Shown: positions 24,537 through 38,024, counted from the first letter of the stretch. The stretch is 64,000 nucleotides of DNA from Squalus acanthias (GCA_030390025.1 CM059432.1:126544001-126608000); one strand, 5' to 3'. The notes: a model not told the origin generated them from the sequence alone. Made by a program: numbers and translations.

Positions 24537-25449
24537 CATTTAAACCTTAAAAAACGTGGGTTTGGAGCATGCGTGCATTTAAATTGTTAAAAATGGGATT
24601 CCCGACCTGATCCCGCCTCCAACCCACCCACTTCCAGTTTTAACGGAGGCGGGACAGGAGAGCGTCACGGGGGCGGGCGACAGCGACCAACCCACTCCCA
24701 GCAGGGCGGAACCTCAATGTAATTATAATGAGGCTGGAAGACTCTTTCTTTTTTAACCTCCATTTTGTTTTTAACTGCATGTGGATGGGTTTCACACAAT
24801 TCGTGAAACCAGGTAGTGAAACCGAGGTGGAGATTGCTGGATCCAGGAGGTAAGTGGCTTTATACCAACCTTCTGGATCCAGGGTCCCTACTTAATCCAC
24901 CCCCACCACGATCGGTGACCCCACCACAAGGCCCCCGATTGCCTTCCCAGGCCTACGATCACCTCCCACCCCAGCGATGATGCTCAGGCCGGCCACGATC
25001 TTCCCTTTACCTCCCAATCCCCATCATCCAGCCCCGATCCTCTCTCTTCGCACCCCACCCCCCCACCCGATTCATTAAACAGCACGGCCCGACCCCCGAT
25101 CCGCTCTTCGCCCCCGCCCCGATCCATTAAACAGCACGGCCCGACCCCCGATCCTCTTCACCCCCGTCCCTCTCTCCCCACCTGCCCCCTCCCACCACCC
25201 CCAAATCCATTTAGCCGCCCGGCCCCCACGCGAACCTTCTTCTGTGCAGCCGCAGGCCTACCCACCCGCAACCAGCCAGCCTCTCAATCTGACTGGCTGT
25301 GGGCGGAAAACCGAGGCCTCGCATGCAAATCAGGCCCTGCCGTTAAAGTCGGCAGGGCCTGCGGGAAACCCGGCCTCCTGGGTTTCCCGCCTGCATTGGA
25401 GCCCGCACCGCCCCCAACCCCCCCCCCCCCGCCACAAAATTCCAGGCCA
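24537..25449. mobile_element. GC-rich non-autonomous Harbinger-like element (left end eroded)
   Basis: Right end aaaattccaggcc resembles the other TIRs here; repeated cccgcc/cccgatc motifs; internal tandem duplication about 25068-25154. Confidence 0.5.
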
Positions 25450-25929
25450 GAGACTTAGTTAGGACATAAGGATATTAAGGGATATGAAGCAAGGGCAGAG
25501 ATTTGGGATTAAAAAGATAAAAAAGTTGCCCTGACAATCAAAATGCCAGTAGGCTTGATGGGTCAAGTGCCTATCCCTCTTGCTAGGTTCCGACAGGCTA
25601 ACGCAATGCAGATGCTGCTGTTTTCTTAAAAGCTAAATAGTTGGTTCTGATCCAATCAATTCCTTAGAAAGAATAATTCTCCATCCCCCGTATTCTCCGT
25701 CATCTGTTATTTCTCTGCTGCCATAATGCAGCTGCTGCCAAAACTGAATACTTCACTCAGATGAAACGCTGCTACTGGTCTGTAACGTAACTCAAAGTTT
25801 CTGTGCGGGCAAGCACCATTAACCCAGCGTCAATCGTTGCACAGTTCACACTTGGAGCATAGGGATCAGTGGTGAGTGATATGACGCATAAAACTGCTCA
25901 TTGGTTCAATTCAATCAGGCCTGTCCCTT

Positions 25930-26040
25930 AATAAAAATAGAAAATGCCAGAAATACTCAGCAGGTCAGTCAGCATCTGTGGAGAGAACAGACACGTTAAC
26001 GCTCATCAGAAAGGTTACGCCTGAAACATTAACTTGTCCA
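25930..26040 (-). mobile_element. PLE terminal remnant
   Basis: aaaatgccagaaatactcagcaggtcagtcagcatctgtggagag, then a short opposite-strand piece cctgaaacattaac. Confidence 0.7.
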
Positions 26041-28217
26041 TCCCTTAATAATTGTTTATTTACTATACATGCACTAATGCATTAAACATATTCTTAATTA
26101 GCCTGCACAAAATCCCAGTTTGCAACAGTCACATCAAAAAGGAGCTTTCATCGACAGTAAATCAATCATTCTGCTTTAAGTGCCAAACTGGGAAAGCATT
26201 ACTGCAGCCAAGACAAATCCAGCAAAAGGTCATTAACACAGTGTTCAACTTCTGATAATTCAGCACACTCATGTAGTCAGGACTTTCCCAAGCCAGCTTC
26301 CCCAGCCTGTCATTACCACTCACTCGGAATATTTTTAAAACAGTATACTTATACAAAAAAGATGTCAAATTTTTTTATTTTTTTTTAAGGCTGCTGAAAC
26401 ACTGCTTTATTCAAGCTGCAGTCCTAGTGATGAGTATGTCTTTGACTAATGCTTTAACCACTTTTTGTGGAGAAGGTCCCCATTAAACGAACACAGGAGC
26501 CTTGTTCATCACATTCGCTTTATTGACCGACACATTGGGCCCTACTGTCCTCTTAGCAAATCCTCACACAAAAAATTATATCCCTGTCAACATAAGTATT
26601 AGGAAAATGTGTATGTAATGGACGTCAGCGAGGGGAGTCCTTTGGTTGCCATTACTACAGGGATAAAGAGTCAAAAAAAGTAACAATTGCTTTCGGGAAC
26701 CAAGCAAGAATTTTTCCAGACTTGAGCCTAGAAGTGCGGTAGAGGGAGACTTCCGCCTCCCCTCCCCGTCTGGCCTCGCCGTGACCCCCTCCCAAATCCC
26801 TTGCCGTTCCGTCAAAGGGCAATGATGTTGAAGCCTCCAATGTCATTCGCTGCAGCTCCTTCACTGGTGGGTCCACCCCATGCAAACAGTAACTGATCTC
26901 TCTTTGATCGATTGCCATTTGAACACAGCATTAGGCACCAGCCCACAGACAGCCCTGTTCACCTGCTTTACATACTGCTGGCCAGACAAGTGGCTCCAGG
27001 GGTCCCACTGGACATGCCCTCAAAATCGATTTCAAGGACAGAAAGTGTGTGTGTGTAGCGAATAACTGGCGGGTACCTGGTGGAATTGGATCCGCCCCAG
27101 TTTCCTACCTCACTGCTCCTAGTCCACTGTAATTCTGTCCAAATAAGGGCAGAATTTCTAGACTGCATTCGCAGGAGGTCCCCACACATAGCAAGGTTTG
27201 TAAACCACTAGTGTACAATGTATCCTCCTATCCTGACAATAATCTCCACACCCCTTCCCCCCACCGCAGAACAACCCTGGCACTAACTTCCTGGCACCAA
27301 CGCGAGCATTTAAATTAATCAGTGCCAGGGTGGGAAGTTGCAAGGCGGACAGTGTTGATGGGGAAAAATAGCAATTACTACACTTCAAAAGTGATTGTGT
27401 CAAGCACTTTCAAAAGGTTTCACCATAGCAAGATGTTATATAAAACGCCAGCATTAATTATTTGTAAAATAGCATTTTCATCCATTCTCCAAAATGGAAA
27501 ATTGTGCTAATTGTTTCTGTGCTTAAGGGAGAATTGCAAGGAGTGGGACAATCTCCTCCCCACTGTCAAAGCCAGGAGTTCTCCCAAGACTAGAGCTGTA
27601 GATTTATGGTGACTACATTAGTCAAAAATCACATTTTTATTACGTGGGATTCCGGGACTTTTACTAATGTTTTGGGGACTGCATTTCATGATTCTGTCCG
27701 TTCATAATTAGGACCACTGGTGGATAGTGATGGCATAAATCAAATTCCATTTTTATTACATGGGCGTACGAGATTTTACAGGACTTTTACCAGGTTTTTG
27801 GAGCTTGTATCTTACAATTTCATGTATTTGTATATGTCTTGCCCAGTGTAGCTGCATCAGAGACTGTGCAGCACGCAGACAAGTCATTTCCTACAAATTT
27901 CCCCGCCCCAGTGGAAACTGAGTGACTGTAAGCCAGCTGGCTGTAAAGACACTGCTGCACCAGTTCAGTCAACTTGTCTCAAGAAGAGCCTAAGACAGAA
28001 CCACTTAAACAAATCAAGTGAAGCCGACACTGCACAGCAGAATCATTTTTTCCATGTTATACCAAAAACAACTGCATTCACTCGTACGTTGCAAGGTTAC
28101 TACAGTTCACCGCGTAACAGACATTCCGTGGGTCCTACAATACAGCTGCAGTCAAAGATCAGGTCTTGATTGTAATGGCTCATCTCATCCACTAATTCTG
28201 TAACTGAGACAATAGTC

Positions 28218-28700
28218 AACAACAACATCTTGTATTTATTTTTTGTCTTATAATATACTCCTGTGCAGCACCTTTAACATAGTAAAACGTCCCAAGGCGC
28301 TGCACAGGAGTATTGTAAGACAAAAAATTTGACATCGAGCCACATAAGGATAAGTTAAGGCAGGTGACTAAAAGCTTGGTCAAAGAGGTAGGTTTTAAGC
28401 AGCGTCTTAAAGGAGGAAAGAGAGGTAGCGAGGCAGAGAGGTTTAGGCAGGGAATTCCAGAGCTTAGGGCCTCGGCAACAGAAGGCATGGCCACCAAAGG
28501 TTGAGCGATTATAATCAGGGATGCTCAGGAGGGCAGAATTAGAGGAGCGCCGATATCTCAGGGGGTTGGAGGAGATTACAGAGATAGGGAGGGGCGAGGC
28601 CATGGAGGGATTTGAACCGAGGCTTAACCGGGAGCCAAGGTAGGTCAGCGAGCACAGGGGAGATGGGTGAACGGGACTTGGTGCGAGTTAGGACACGTGG
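28218..28700 (-). mobile_element. L2-type LINE 3' fragment
   Basis: NRSTFGGHAFCCRGPKLWNSLPKPL...FKTLLKTYLFDQAF. Confidence 0.85.
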
Positions 28701-28852
28701 AGCCACTGAATTTCTCAAGGCATTTCACTGCAGACAGCTGTCTTATATAACTGAGGTATACTTTTTTTTGGCATCAGGAAATAATATTCATCACAGATTC
28801 TTAACCAAATACATTATATTGTTTTTAAATTAATAAGAGAGAGATTTAGCAA

Positions 28853-29255
28853 GAGGACTAGCAATCCAAAGAATGAAAGTTCAAATCCCTCCATGGCAGT
28901 TTGAGAATTTGAAATCAATTTTTAAAATCTGGAAATGAAAAGGCTGGTGTCAGTTAAAAAGTGACCACGAAGCTAGTTGGCCGTTATAAAAACACAACTG
29001 GTTAACTAATGTCCTTTAGGAAAGAAAATCTGCCGTCCTTACTCATTCTGGCCTCTCTGTGACTCCAGTCCCACACTAACGTGGTTGACGCTCAACCGCC
29101 CTGTGAAATCGAATAGCAAGCCACTAGTTGTATCACACGGCAACAAAGAATCTGCTGCAGTTCAAGGCGGCGGCTCACCACCACCTTCTTGGGGCAACTA
29201 GGGATGGGCAATAAATGCCGGCCTTGGCAGCGATGCCCACATCCAGAGAATAAAA
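28853..29255 (+). mobile_element. tRNA-derived SINE sharing head and tail with the 11371-15383 LINE
   Basis: B box GTTCAAATCC (28879-28888); core ctggttaactaatgtcctttagg...aatctgccgtcctta; tail gggcaactagggatgggcaataaatgc. Confidence 0.8.
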
Positions 29256-30644
29256 TGTTTAAAATCACATCAATTAATCATGCTTAATTATTCAATTGCC
29301 ATTTAAAGTTCAAGCGACGTCATGATTTATTTTGTCAGTTGTGTTCCTGAAGAAGCTTTACTTTTAAACAATGATCTGCTTGTAACTACTTGCCACAAGA
29401 CAATAGCTTTCACAGTGGAAGGCAATTTCCAAAATGTGCGGTTTTGTGAACTCATAGCGCTGCAGTCAGTGCTTTGCACTTTCCATTGATTCTTGACTGG
29501 CAAGAAATCCAGGGCAAACAGCAGAGGTTAGCAATGCAAGTGTACAACTGTATGCTTCTGAAATGGATCTCTGCTGCAAAATAGATTCCTCACATACAAA
29601 TATCAAAGAATTTATTTCCTTTCCTGCCTCACCACCTGAAGCATTCCTTTGTCAGACCACCTTCTCTCTATCTGGTCGGATTTGGCTGGTAAACCTGCTC
29701 CCAATAGTTCCGTAGCTGACCACAAGGAGGCCTATGGTGACCTCTCTCGCCAATCTGCTCTCCCTTCCTATTGGCTTTTTAGATTAGTTATTTCCTTGGG
29801 TTCAGTGTCAATGGCCACTCCCATAAGCAGACCTTGTGCCCTCTACACACCAGAGTATGTCCTTACCTGCCCAATATCTAGATAAATGTAGTGAGACCCA
29901 GGGGTTGAACAGAGAACCCTTGTCACAGTTCATTCTGGAATTTATCACATACTGTCATGTAATCTCCTCGCATTCGGAGCTATAAACCAACAGACAAATT
30001 TACTGAATATTAAACTAGTAAATATTCAGTACAAGCAGTACAAATGCAGCAATTCCAAATGTTACTAATCACCTTGAAATGTCACTCTTCCCCATAACAT
30101 TAAAATCACCCTCGAGACACAGTTACTTACTTCTGTGGCTAGCTGCTACCTCAGAGCCCTCTGTCTAGCCTTGTATCCATGACAGCTCCAGATCGGCTGC
30201 TGTCTTCATGCAATACTGACTAACACAAGGCTGGGAATTTCTTTGACGGTATCCCAGAACAAAGGAGATTAAAAATGATGACTGGGCCGCCCTTCCCAGA
30301 GGCGGGGTTCACGTGAGGCGAGACTTCTGCTCACCATGACCCCAGCATAAAGGCTTCATTTGTTAGGCCGGGTGGACTCCCATTGGGATCGCCACCAAGA
30401 GGGAGCCCTCCCAGCAGAGGAGGAAAACTGTGTTGGAGCTACGGCACCAGAAGAGGCAAGAGCTGCATTAAAAGGGGAAGAAGCAGCCTAAAGATTGTCC
30501 CACTCCTCAAGGCCTCAGCCCAGAACAAGGCCATCAGGCAGGTAAATGAGGAGGCTGAAAAGGAGGTGGAAGACACTGCTATAAGGCCCTTTCCCTCCAT
30601 AGGGGGCACCTCGGGGCTGTTATCGTCACTCTCTGGGGCCGACT

Positions 30645-30943
30645 TTTTTTTTTAAAATTCATTCCTGGGATGTGGGCGTCGCTGGCAAGGCCAGCAGTTA
30701 TTACCCATCCCTAATTGCTCGAGAAGGTGGTGGTGAGCCGCCTTCTTGAACTGTTGCAGTCCATCTGGTGAAGGTACTCCCATAGTGCTGTTAGGGAGGG
30801 AGTTCCAGGATTTTGATCCAGTGATGATGAAGGAACGGCGATATATTTCCAAGTCAGGATGGTGTGTAATTTGGAGGGGAACTTGCAGGTGATGGTGTTC
30901 CCCATGCGCCTGCTGCCCTTGTCCTTCTAGGTGGTAGAGGTCA
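30645..30943 (-). mobile_element. 3' fragment of Zenon-like LINE
   Basis: EHHHLQVPLQITHHPDLEIYRRSFIITGSKSWNSLPNS; same tail as near 15300. Confidence 0.88.
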
Positions 30944-31929
30944 CCTTCCCTATGGTGACCCTGGAAAACAGCAGTAACACGGGAACATTGGAGAGAAATC
31001 CACCGGGGACCCTGGGCCCTGCCACCATTCGCAACGCGACAGGGTAGGGAATGAGTGGCCAGTGGAAGGAAATGTAGGTGGGGCAGTGAGAAGGCGATAG
31101 GCTTCATCGTCTGAATGTTGCCTCATTTTGTGCTGCTATCCTGCCTGATTTCTGGGTGGGATTAAGGAGGAGAATTCAACCTGACAGATTAGGTGGTTAG
31201 TCTCTTATCAGAATCAAAATAGCAAATGCCCACACAAATACAGCTGCTAAACAAACATGTACCATAAACAGCTCCACTGGATGCTTGTATTTGAATGGAA
31301 TGGCTTGACCCATTGATCTGTTCCAAACCGTCCGAATGACCTGTTAAAAGGATCCCTATTCAAGGACAATGACAGCAATCATCCAATGTACAGCAAGTCT
31401 GGGATGTGCAACTCTACAGCTTTCGAAACCGCTAGCATTAACCACATTTACCCATGTGCGAGTGGTGACCAGCAAGAGAAAAAAATCCAGTAAATAATCC
31501 AAAATAGATTTGATAAAATGCTTTGCTTTTGCACAGTTCCTCTGAGGAATAGATTGGCTTTTGCTCAGCAACTCCCCACAGTGAAAGCAGAGTTTGGAGG
31601 TTCGATTTCCCGCAGGTCAGCAAGTTAGCCGTGAGGTGTGTCTCCTACCCAACCACATGACATCAAAAGCTAACTTGACGGATTTTACTTGTGCAGGCCT
31701 CATTAACTGTTCAAAGCGGTGGGGCGGGGGTGGAAATTCTGTTTAAAATGCTTAAGCTAATTAAAGGGGCTCTTTTGTTTTGGAGAGAGCAACAGCAAAG
31801 GGCAACACCGAGTAAAAAAGGGGGGGGAGGGGCGGCAGGAAGGGCCCTGGACTTTCAGATGATTGCATGGATGTTTTACTCACTGAAGGGCAAGAAAGGA
31901 ACAACTCCTTGAGATTGAGAGCAGGAATC

Positions 31930-32060
31930 CCATAAGAGGGTAGTGCAGATAATATGGAGGGAGGTGGTTTTTGCAGTCAGTACAGTCTCCACCACCTCAC
32001 AAACTGCCACACAGTGCAAGAAGAGGTTTAATGACCTCACAAGGACGGCCAATGTAAGTG
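31930..32060 (+). pseudogene. Remnant of Harbinger-associated Myb/SANT exon
   Basis: WREVVFAVSTVSTTSQTATQCKKRFNDLTRTAN followed by donor gtaagt. Confidence 0.6.
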
Positions 32061-32347
32061 GAGGCACTATTCCACATGCACATCCTTTATGAATGACAGA
32101 GGCATAACTTGCCTTCTTACCCATCATGCCCTCTATGTGTCAGTAACTGGGCCAAAGGGAAAGTGCACCATTCATAAGAAAGCTTTGGAACCAATAATGC
32201 ACCTTCTTAAGTCCATATCACAGTTTAAACTTGAAGGAGAAGGTGAAGTACCAAAAGAAGGCTGGTAAAGGCAAGGCAAGGGAGAGCATAGTTGGTTTCA
32301 GCCTTTTGTAGAATATCAGTCTTGAAATGGGCATTGACTCAGCCAAC

Positions 32348-32822
32348 GGGCCCAGAATTTGCTGGAAAAATAACAGTGGGTTCACGGCGCACGGCATTAT
32401 TAGTGGAGAGGAAGATATGCCGGGAGTTGCGAATTGCCACGAATTGCTGGATGATTTGCGGCACTTTGCGGTTAGCCTCACAAAAACGGGAGCTCGCCGT
32501 CAACCTCCCCATGAAGTGTCAAGAAATTGCTCGATTTGCGTCGTGAATACGAATTAAACTTGCCGCAGAAAGTTAGTGGTGCTATTTCATGGAGTAAGGA
32601 CCCTGTTAATGGGGCGATTTATGGTCCTGACATGTCACGCAACCTAGGAGGCCCAGAAAGGGAACAATTGAAACTGTGGAATGTCACTCTTGCACATAGT
32701 AAATTGTTCCTAGAGGTTTCTAAAATTCAAAAATGTAAAAAAAACACTTACTTTTTTTCCCGTCTCTTTATCCCCCTCTCTCTCTCTCTCTCTCTTAATC
32801 CAATCTTTCTTTCCTTCACTGT
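32348..32822 (+). mobile_element. MITE family A copy, cut off by the next element
   Basis: Starts gggcccagaatttgc; colinear with about 6193-6650. Confidence 0.75.
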
Positions 32823-34179
32823 GGCCTAGAAATTTGAGTAGGCCAGAAACCTGCCGGTGCCACCGTGGGCCGAAGTTAACAGCCGCCCGCAATAAAAGCG
32901 CAGGCAGCACTGGTATTTTGGTGCTGCCTGCTGGTTATATTAGCGTAGCGCAAAAGCTGCAGTGTAACATGTTGTTTTGGGTGGTAGTCTCTGCAGGAGG
33001 CCCAATGTAGCGTGGCCGTAGCGTCCCTGGAGCGAGGCAGCATTCTCTTAGAGCAAGGCTGTCATTTTGGAAAGCAGTGTCGATCCCTTAAAAGGAATTT
33101 ATTTTTAAAATTTTCATTTTAAAAGGCGACAGTCTTTAGCCCTTAGAGCTCAACTGCCTTCTGAAAAAAAAAATCAAAAATAATTCCTAAATGGCAGTCT
33201 TCAGCTCTTAAAGCTGAACTGCCTCCACACGTTAAAAAAAAGGTAAAAGTGCTTCAGCACAAACACAAATGGTTTAACAGGCCAGGGAAGGGGCACCCAG
33301 GGTCTCATACACCGCACTCCAGCTTTGTGCAGGGGGTCAACACTGCCAAGAGAGGTCCTCTACCCACAGGGGCCAGGAGGCCCTCCAGAAAGGACAATGT
33401 GGGACCACATCACCGAGGCCGTCACTGCCAGCAGTGTCAGCCCCCGCCGCCTGGCTCCAGTGCCCAAAGAAGCTTCATGACCTCAGACCACTGATCAAGG
33501 TCAGTGAATACATCCTCGAAGGCCGTCTCCTACCAACTGCACCACTAGCCTCACACACTGCTCATTGCAAACACCCCCCCCCCGCCAAAATCGCTCACCT
33601 GCCAACAATTTGTACCAAACACGAGGCACACCTCCCATTCCTAGCTTTACCTCACCCCCTTGGAGACGGTGCAGCATTCTTAGCAGGGGTATGACTGAGC
33701 CCTTGGTCAGCGGTGGGGCTGAAATGATACAAGATGCTAGTATCCTCATACGTTATCCTCCTTCTCACATCCCCACTTCCTCCTCATCCCACAATTTCTT
33801 CTGATTTATAAGGTGCGCACAGTGTAAGCATGCAGCTCTTGCTTTCCTGCCCTCCCCTCACCACAACTCTACCCTTGTGCCTTCCTCATTTCACACACCC
33901 AAGAAATCCCTGCCCAGTCTGTGGTTGACCAAGAGGGAGGAGAGTGAAGAACAACAAACGACGTCACTCGATTTCACTCTCCCAGCCACCAGCTCCTTGA
34001 GGTCATCCTGCAAGGCCATCTGCAGTGTCCCCCACTGAAAGTCAGCAGCCTTCCACCAGCCATACTGCAGCCACTAGGGTAGCACTGCATAATGTCACAA
34101 GGATAGGCAAAGGCAGACGCAAGACAGTCACTAAAGGAATGCACAATAGTGATTTCTTGATGTCATATTGGATGGATAT

Positions 34180-34393
34180 CCCTAAATCTCTCTGCCTCTC
34201 CACTTCTCTTTCCTCCTTTAAGACGCTCCTTAAAACCTACCTCTTTGACCAAGCTTTTGATCAACTACCCTAACATCTCCTTACATGGCTCATTGCCAAA
34301 TTTTGCTTTTTTTTTTGATAACACTCCTGTGAAGCGCCTTGAGATGTTTTATTACGTTAAAGGCGCTATATAAATATAAGTTGTTGTTGTTGT
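34180..34393 (+). mobile_element. L2-type 3' end nested in the Harbinger element
   Basis: PKSLCLSTSLSSFKTLLKTYLFDQAF; (ttg)n tail. Confidence 0.85.
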
Positions 34394-34492
34394 TGGGTTG
34401 ATGTATAAAGTTGGATTAGAAAGTTTGCTTTGTGATGGCTTTTATTTCAGCATTGTGGCCAAGAGGATGCTGTCTTCCTCTTCCCTCTGCGA

Positions 34493-34625
34493 GCGGATGC
34501 TGAAAATCTGAAATAAAAGCAGAAAATGCTGGAACTACTCAGCAGGTCAGGCAGCATCTCGACCGGAGACGTGAACTCTGTTTCTCTCTCCACGGATACT
34601 GCCTGATCTGCAGAGTGTTTCCAGT
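34493..34625. mobile_element. Fold-back remnant of two opposed PLE termini
   Basis: ctggaactactcagcaggtcaggcagcatc pairs imperfectly with gatactgcctgatctgcagagtgtttccag. Confidence 0.7.
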
Positions 34626-36939
34626 CTTCTTAAAGGCCTTCCTTTACCATCTGAAGGCTTGTAAGCATCCAGCAGCGCTCCCTGCACACTTTCAAAACTT
34701 TTTAAGTCTATTGCACCAAGCCACTACTACAACAAAATATAAAAGAACCTATCCAAAAGCTTAAATCCAAACTTACCTGAAAGATGTGTGTGTCCCTTTA
34801 AGTGCTGACAGCATCTCTGTAGGGCTGCTTCACACACGCTTTTCTGCGCGTGCTTAGGACCCAGCACTAAAAAGCAAGAACGTCCAAATTTGCAGACATG
34901 GCGTCAAGTCAGGCGTTGCATGCCGATTGATGTGACAATCTGCTACTTCACATTTCAGGGGCCAGCGCAGTCAATGGCAGCACTATGGCCCTTACCAAAA
35001 TGGCAGTCGCTGTGTACCGTGCCGAAGGCAGCCGTCAATTTTTTTCCCCCCAGAGAACCAGCGTTAACGGCCAGCGCTCAGAATTTCTAGGCCCATGCTT
35101 CTTGACTGAGCCTGCACAGTGAGGCCCCTACCGACACAAAAATAATAATTCCGAGTTCACTGCAGTGCCCTCGGAAGCATTTAAAAAGTTTTCATACATA
35201 CCCAAGGCATATGTACACATACTTGTCTTGTTTGGAGTGAATACAGTACACAATAATGGCACAACCATGAAAAAAAGCTTTGCTTTTAAATACAGTGAAG
35301 GCTTTCAAAATTATATTTCTTTTGAACTTCAAAAGATGTCATGAACAAAACACCCTGCTGCTTCGAGAATATGAAACAACTTCCTCCCCAAAAGAAATAC
35401 ATGAAAGCTCGGAGATGAATCATGGAATGATAGAGGCAACTAGGCATAGCTAGTAACCAGTAAAGTACAGAATTCTGCTTTTTAAATTACAAATGCTAGT
35501 AACATTAAAACCAGGATACAGTGGCGACAGCAACATAAACACAAGACTAGAGACCAGTCTTATTTTGAATCTTACGATACTCCATATTTTTAAATATTTC
35601 TTTGTGGGAGTTGGTGTCTGGTCTGTATGGCAATCACTTTACATTGGCTGCTGCATGGCTGGGAGTAACCAGTCCAGATGGAACACACACTTATCTGGAC
35701 AAGGACTCCCACCACCTATGAATCATAGCTTTGTAAACAGAGAGACTTCAAGCTCTTTTTCCTCTTTGATGTCCTTAATTAGATTTGAAGAAATGATGGC
35801 AGAGAATTTCCACAGAGCTGCCCCCGCTCCATCGCCGTATATTCCAAGTTCTTTTAAATTGCTTAGTCAAGGTATGGCCTCCTTTCTGTAAAAGATGTTC
35901 AACCTCCACATACAAACAGTAACTTAAGGGGGAAATCCACCTGGACACTGTCCCTTTAAAAAAAACTTGTGCTCAGAGCCTTCAGGTGATCATCTCTCAC
36001 TCCACAGCACACTTGCTCTTTGGAGATAGAGGTTATAATACTTCATTACAGGTAGCTAGATGGTGGTGTGATTAACTTCAAATAGTACTGACCAGAATAT
36101 ATAGTGCATTTTTCATGTTTTGCTAGCTGCTTAATACAATCTTTTTTAAAAGGTGTGGAGGCTACTTTGGACAGTATTACACAGATTTAACACGGTGATT
36201 AATGCGATGTGCCAGTGGACTAAAAAAACCCTTCCCATGGAGGTCAAAGGAGCAGGCGTGTTCCTCCGACTCCAGTCATCGCAATCACACCCCCTGCCCC
36301 ACCCCACCCCAACCTACCTACCTTCGGGCCACTGCCGACGAGGCAAGCAGCGCAATATTCGTGCTGTTCAAATGCACGAGCTACCTGTGGAGGTGCAATG
36401 GGTACCAGCAGCTCATGCATAAAATGTTAATGAGGTCCAGAGCCCAATTTCAGGCTGGCCTTGGGCCTGTCAGTTGGGGCATGCGCTGAAGGCGCAACGC
36501 CAAGTCTGGGCCCGAAAATGGGCCTAGAGGAATTTTTACCATTCCTGCTTATTGTATCTTTTGTAGGGTTGAAAATCGAATTCCAGAAGGGTAGATAATA
36601 CCTTGGGAATTAGCCTCTGGTAAGTGTGTATGACAATATTGGCTTGTATTTACTAGCATTTTACCCAATATATTTACTCCTGTATATATTATTTAAGTGC
36701 AAGTACAATACAGTAGGTGATTTTAGCCTGAGCAAGTCTGATCTGTGTTTGATATTAAGTTGACCAAAGTGATCAAGAAAGTAGAATGTGACTCTGTAAA
36801 ATTCAGTACACAACTTACCACAATTGGGGTAAACTGGTACTATGTTAAATTAATCAGTGCATTTCTTGTTCACGTGGGAGATGAGCTCTGCTCATGAGCA
36901 GCCGTGTGAAACTGCTTGGAAATGTTTTAAAAGCCCAAA

Positions 36940-37150
36940 TCATATCGCTGTTGCCAATTTTAAACTGCTACGAAAAGCTGATGTTGCTCCTTGGATCCAA
37001 ATCTGGAGATGGTACAATTCATCTATGACTTTCCTGGTGAGGTACAACGTCCTCAGACCGATCACTCAGTGAAGTTGAGGTAGCTCTGTTTCTGGCACTA
37101 GAAGTGCTGCTTAGGGTAGTACGACACTCTTGCTATGGCCTCCAACCTTT
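36940..37150 (-). pseudogene. Harbinger/HARBI1-like transposase N-terminal remnant
   Basis: Minus strand gives QKQSYLNFTE...LRTLYLTRKVIDELY across frameshifts, resembling the recalled SYLxxSE-xC-xxRLRL region. Confidence 0.45.
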
Positions 37151-37204
37151 GGCCCGCCTCAGCTGCTCCTTCAACATGGATTTGCTGATGTATTCATGTT
37201 ACCC

Positions 37205-37447
37205 AACAACAACAATTTGCATATATATGTAGCACCTTTAACATAGTAAAACGTCCCAAGTGCTTCACAGGAGCGATATCAAACAAAAGTTGACACCTTG
37301 CCATATAAGGAGATATTAGGACAGAGGAGGAAAGAGAGGCAGAGAGGTTCAAGAAGGGAATTCCACAGCTTGGGGCCTAGGCACCTGAAGGCATGGCCAC
37401 CAACGGTGGAGTGATTAGTATCAGGGATGCTCAAGAGGCCAGAATTG
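37205..37447 (-). mobile_element. L2-type 3' end (internally deleted)
   Basis: Colinear with 28218-28540. Confidence 0.8.
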
Positions 37448-38024
37448 GCCTCTGTGGATTTAAACAGTTGAGTTGCTCCTTACAATATCTCTGCTCTTCC
37501 TGGTCATCTCTCTGCTGACTGGGCACCACCTCTCACACCAGCTATGTGCACTTCAAGGCAAGCATGTACAAATTACAAGTTCCTTGTTAACTGCTGCTTA
37601 ACAAAGCCTCAACAACCAAATAATGCTAACACCAAGTTTGACTAATAACACATTATTTGGAGGGTGACCACTCGTTTGATGTTACACAGAAAAGACCTAG
37701 ACCTCAATACACCACATGTGTACTCGCTCTAATGTACTGTGGATTTTCAAACTCCCCCTGATCTTTTGAAAAATGTGAACATCTTTTACTATCAAACGGA
37801 GGTGTTGGAGCGCTGGTAAGAAAGGTTGTATTGAGGAATCCATTTTATGTTAAAGACTCCATTTGGTAGCAAACAAACATCTTTCAGGAAACAGAAGCTG
37901 GCAGTAGGTGGAACGTATCCAAATCAGCCCAAATCCTCAAGATCCCTTTGTGGCTGGTAAAAGTTGGAGTCAGAAAGAAAGTGGTTTGTTCTTTGTGTAG
38001 TTCTGACTTTCCAATAGATAAATC

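Larger units (their letters stand above)
32823..35094 (+). mobile_element. Harbinger-derived element with decayed Myb/SANT gene, no recognisable transposase
   Basis: TIRs GGCCTAGAAATT at both ends; flanks CTG/ATG; frameshifted Myb exon about 33280-33500 (MWDHITEAVTASSVSPR...KKLHDL, donor aag|gtcagt). Confidence 0.75.

Noticed and set aside
30001..30031. AT-rich palindrome tactgaatatt...aatattcagta
   Set aside because: Short and AT-rich, with no supporting context
30131..30220. Minus-strand exon ending at a gtaagt donor
   Set aside because: All three frames contain stops
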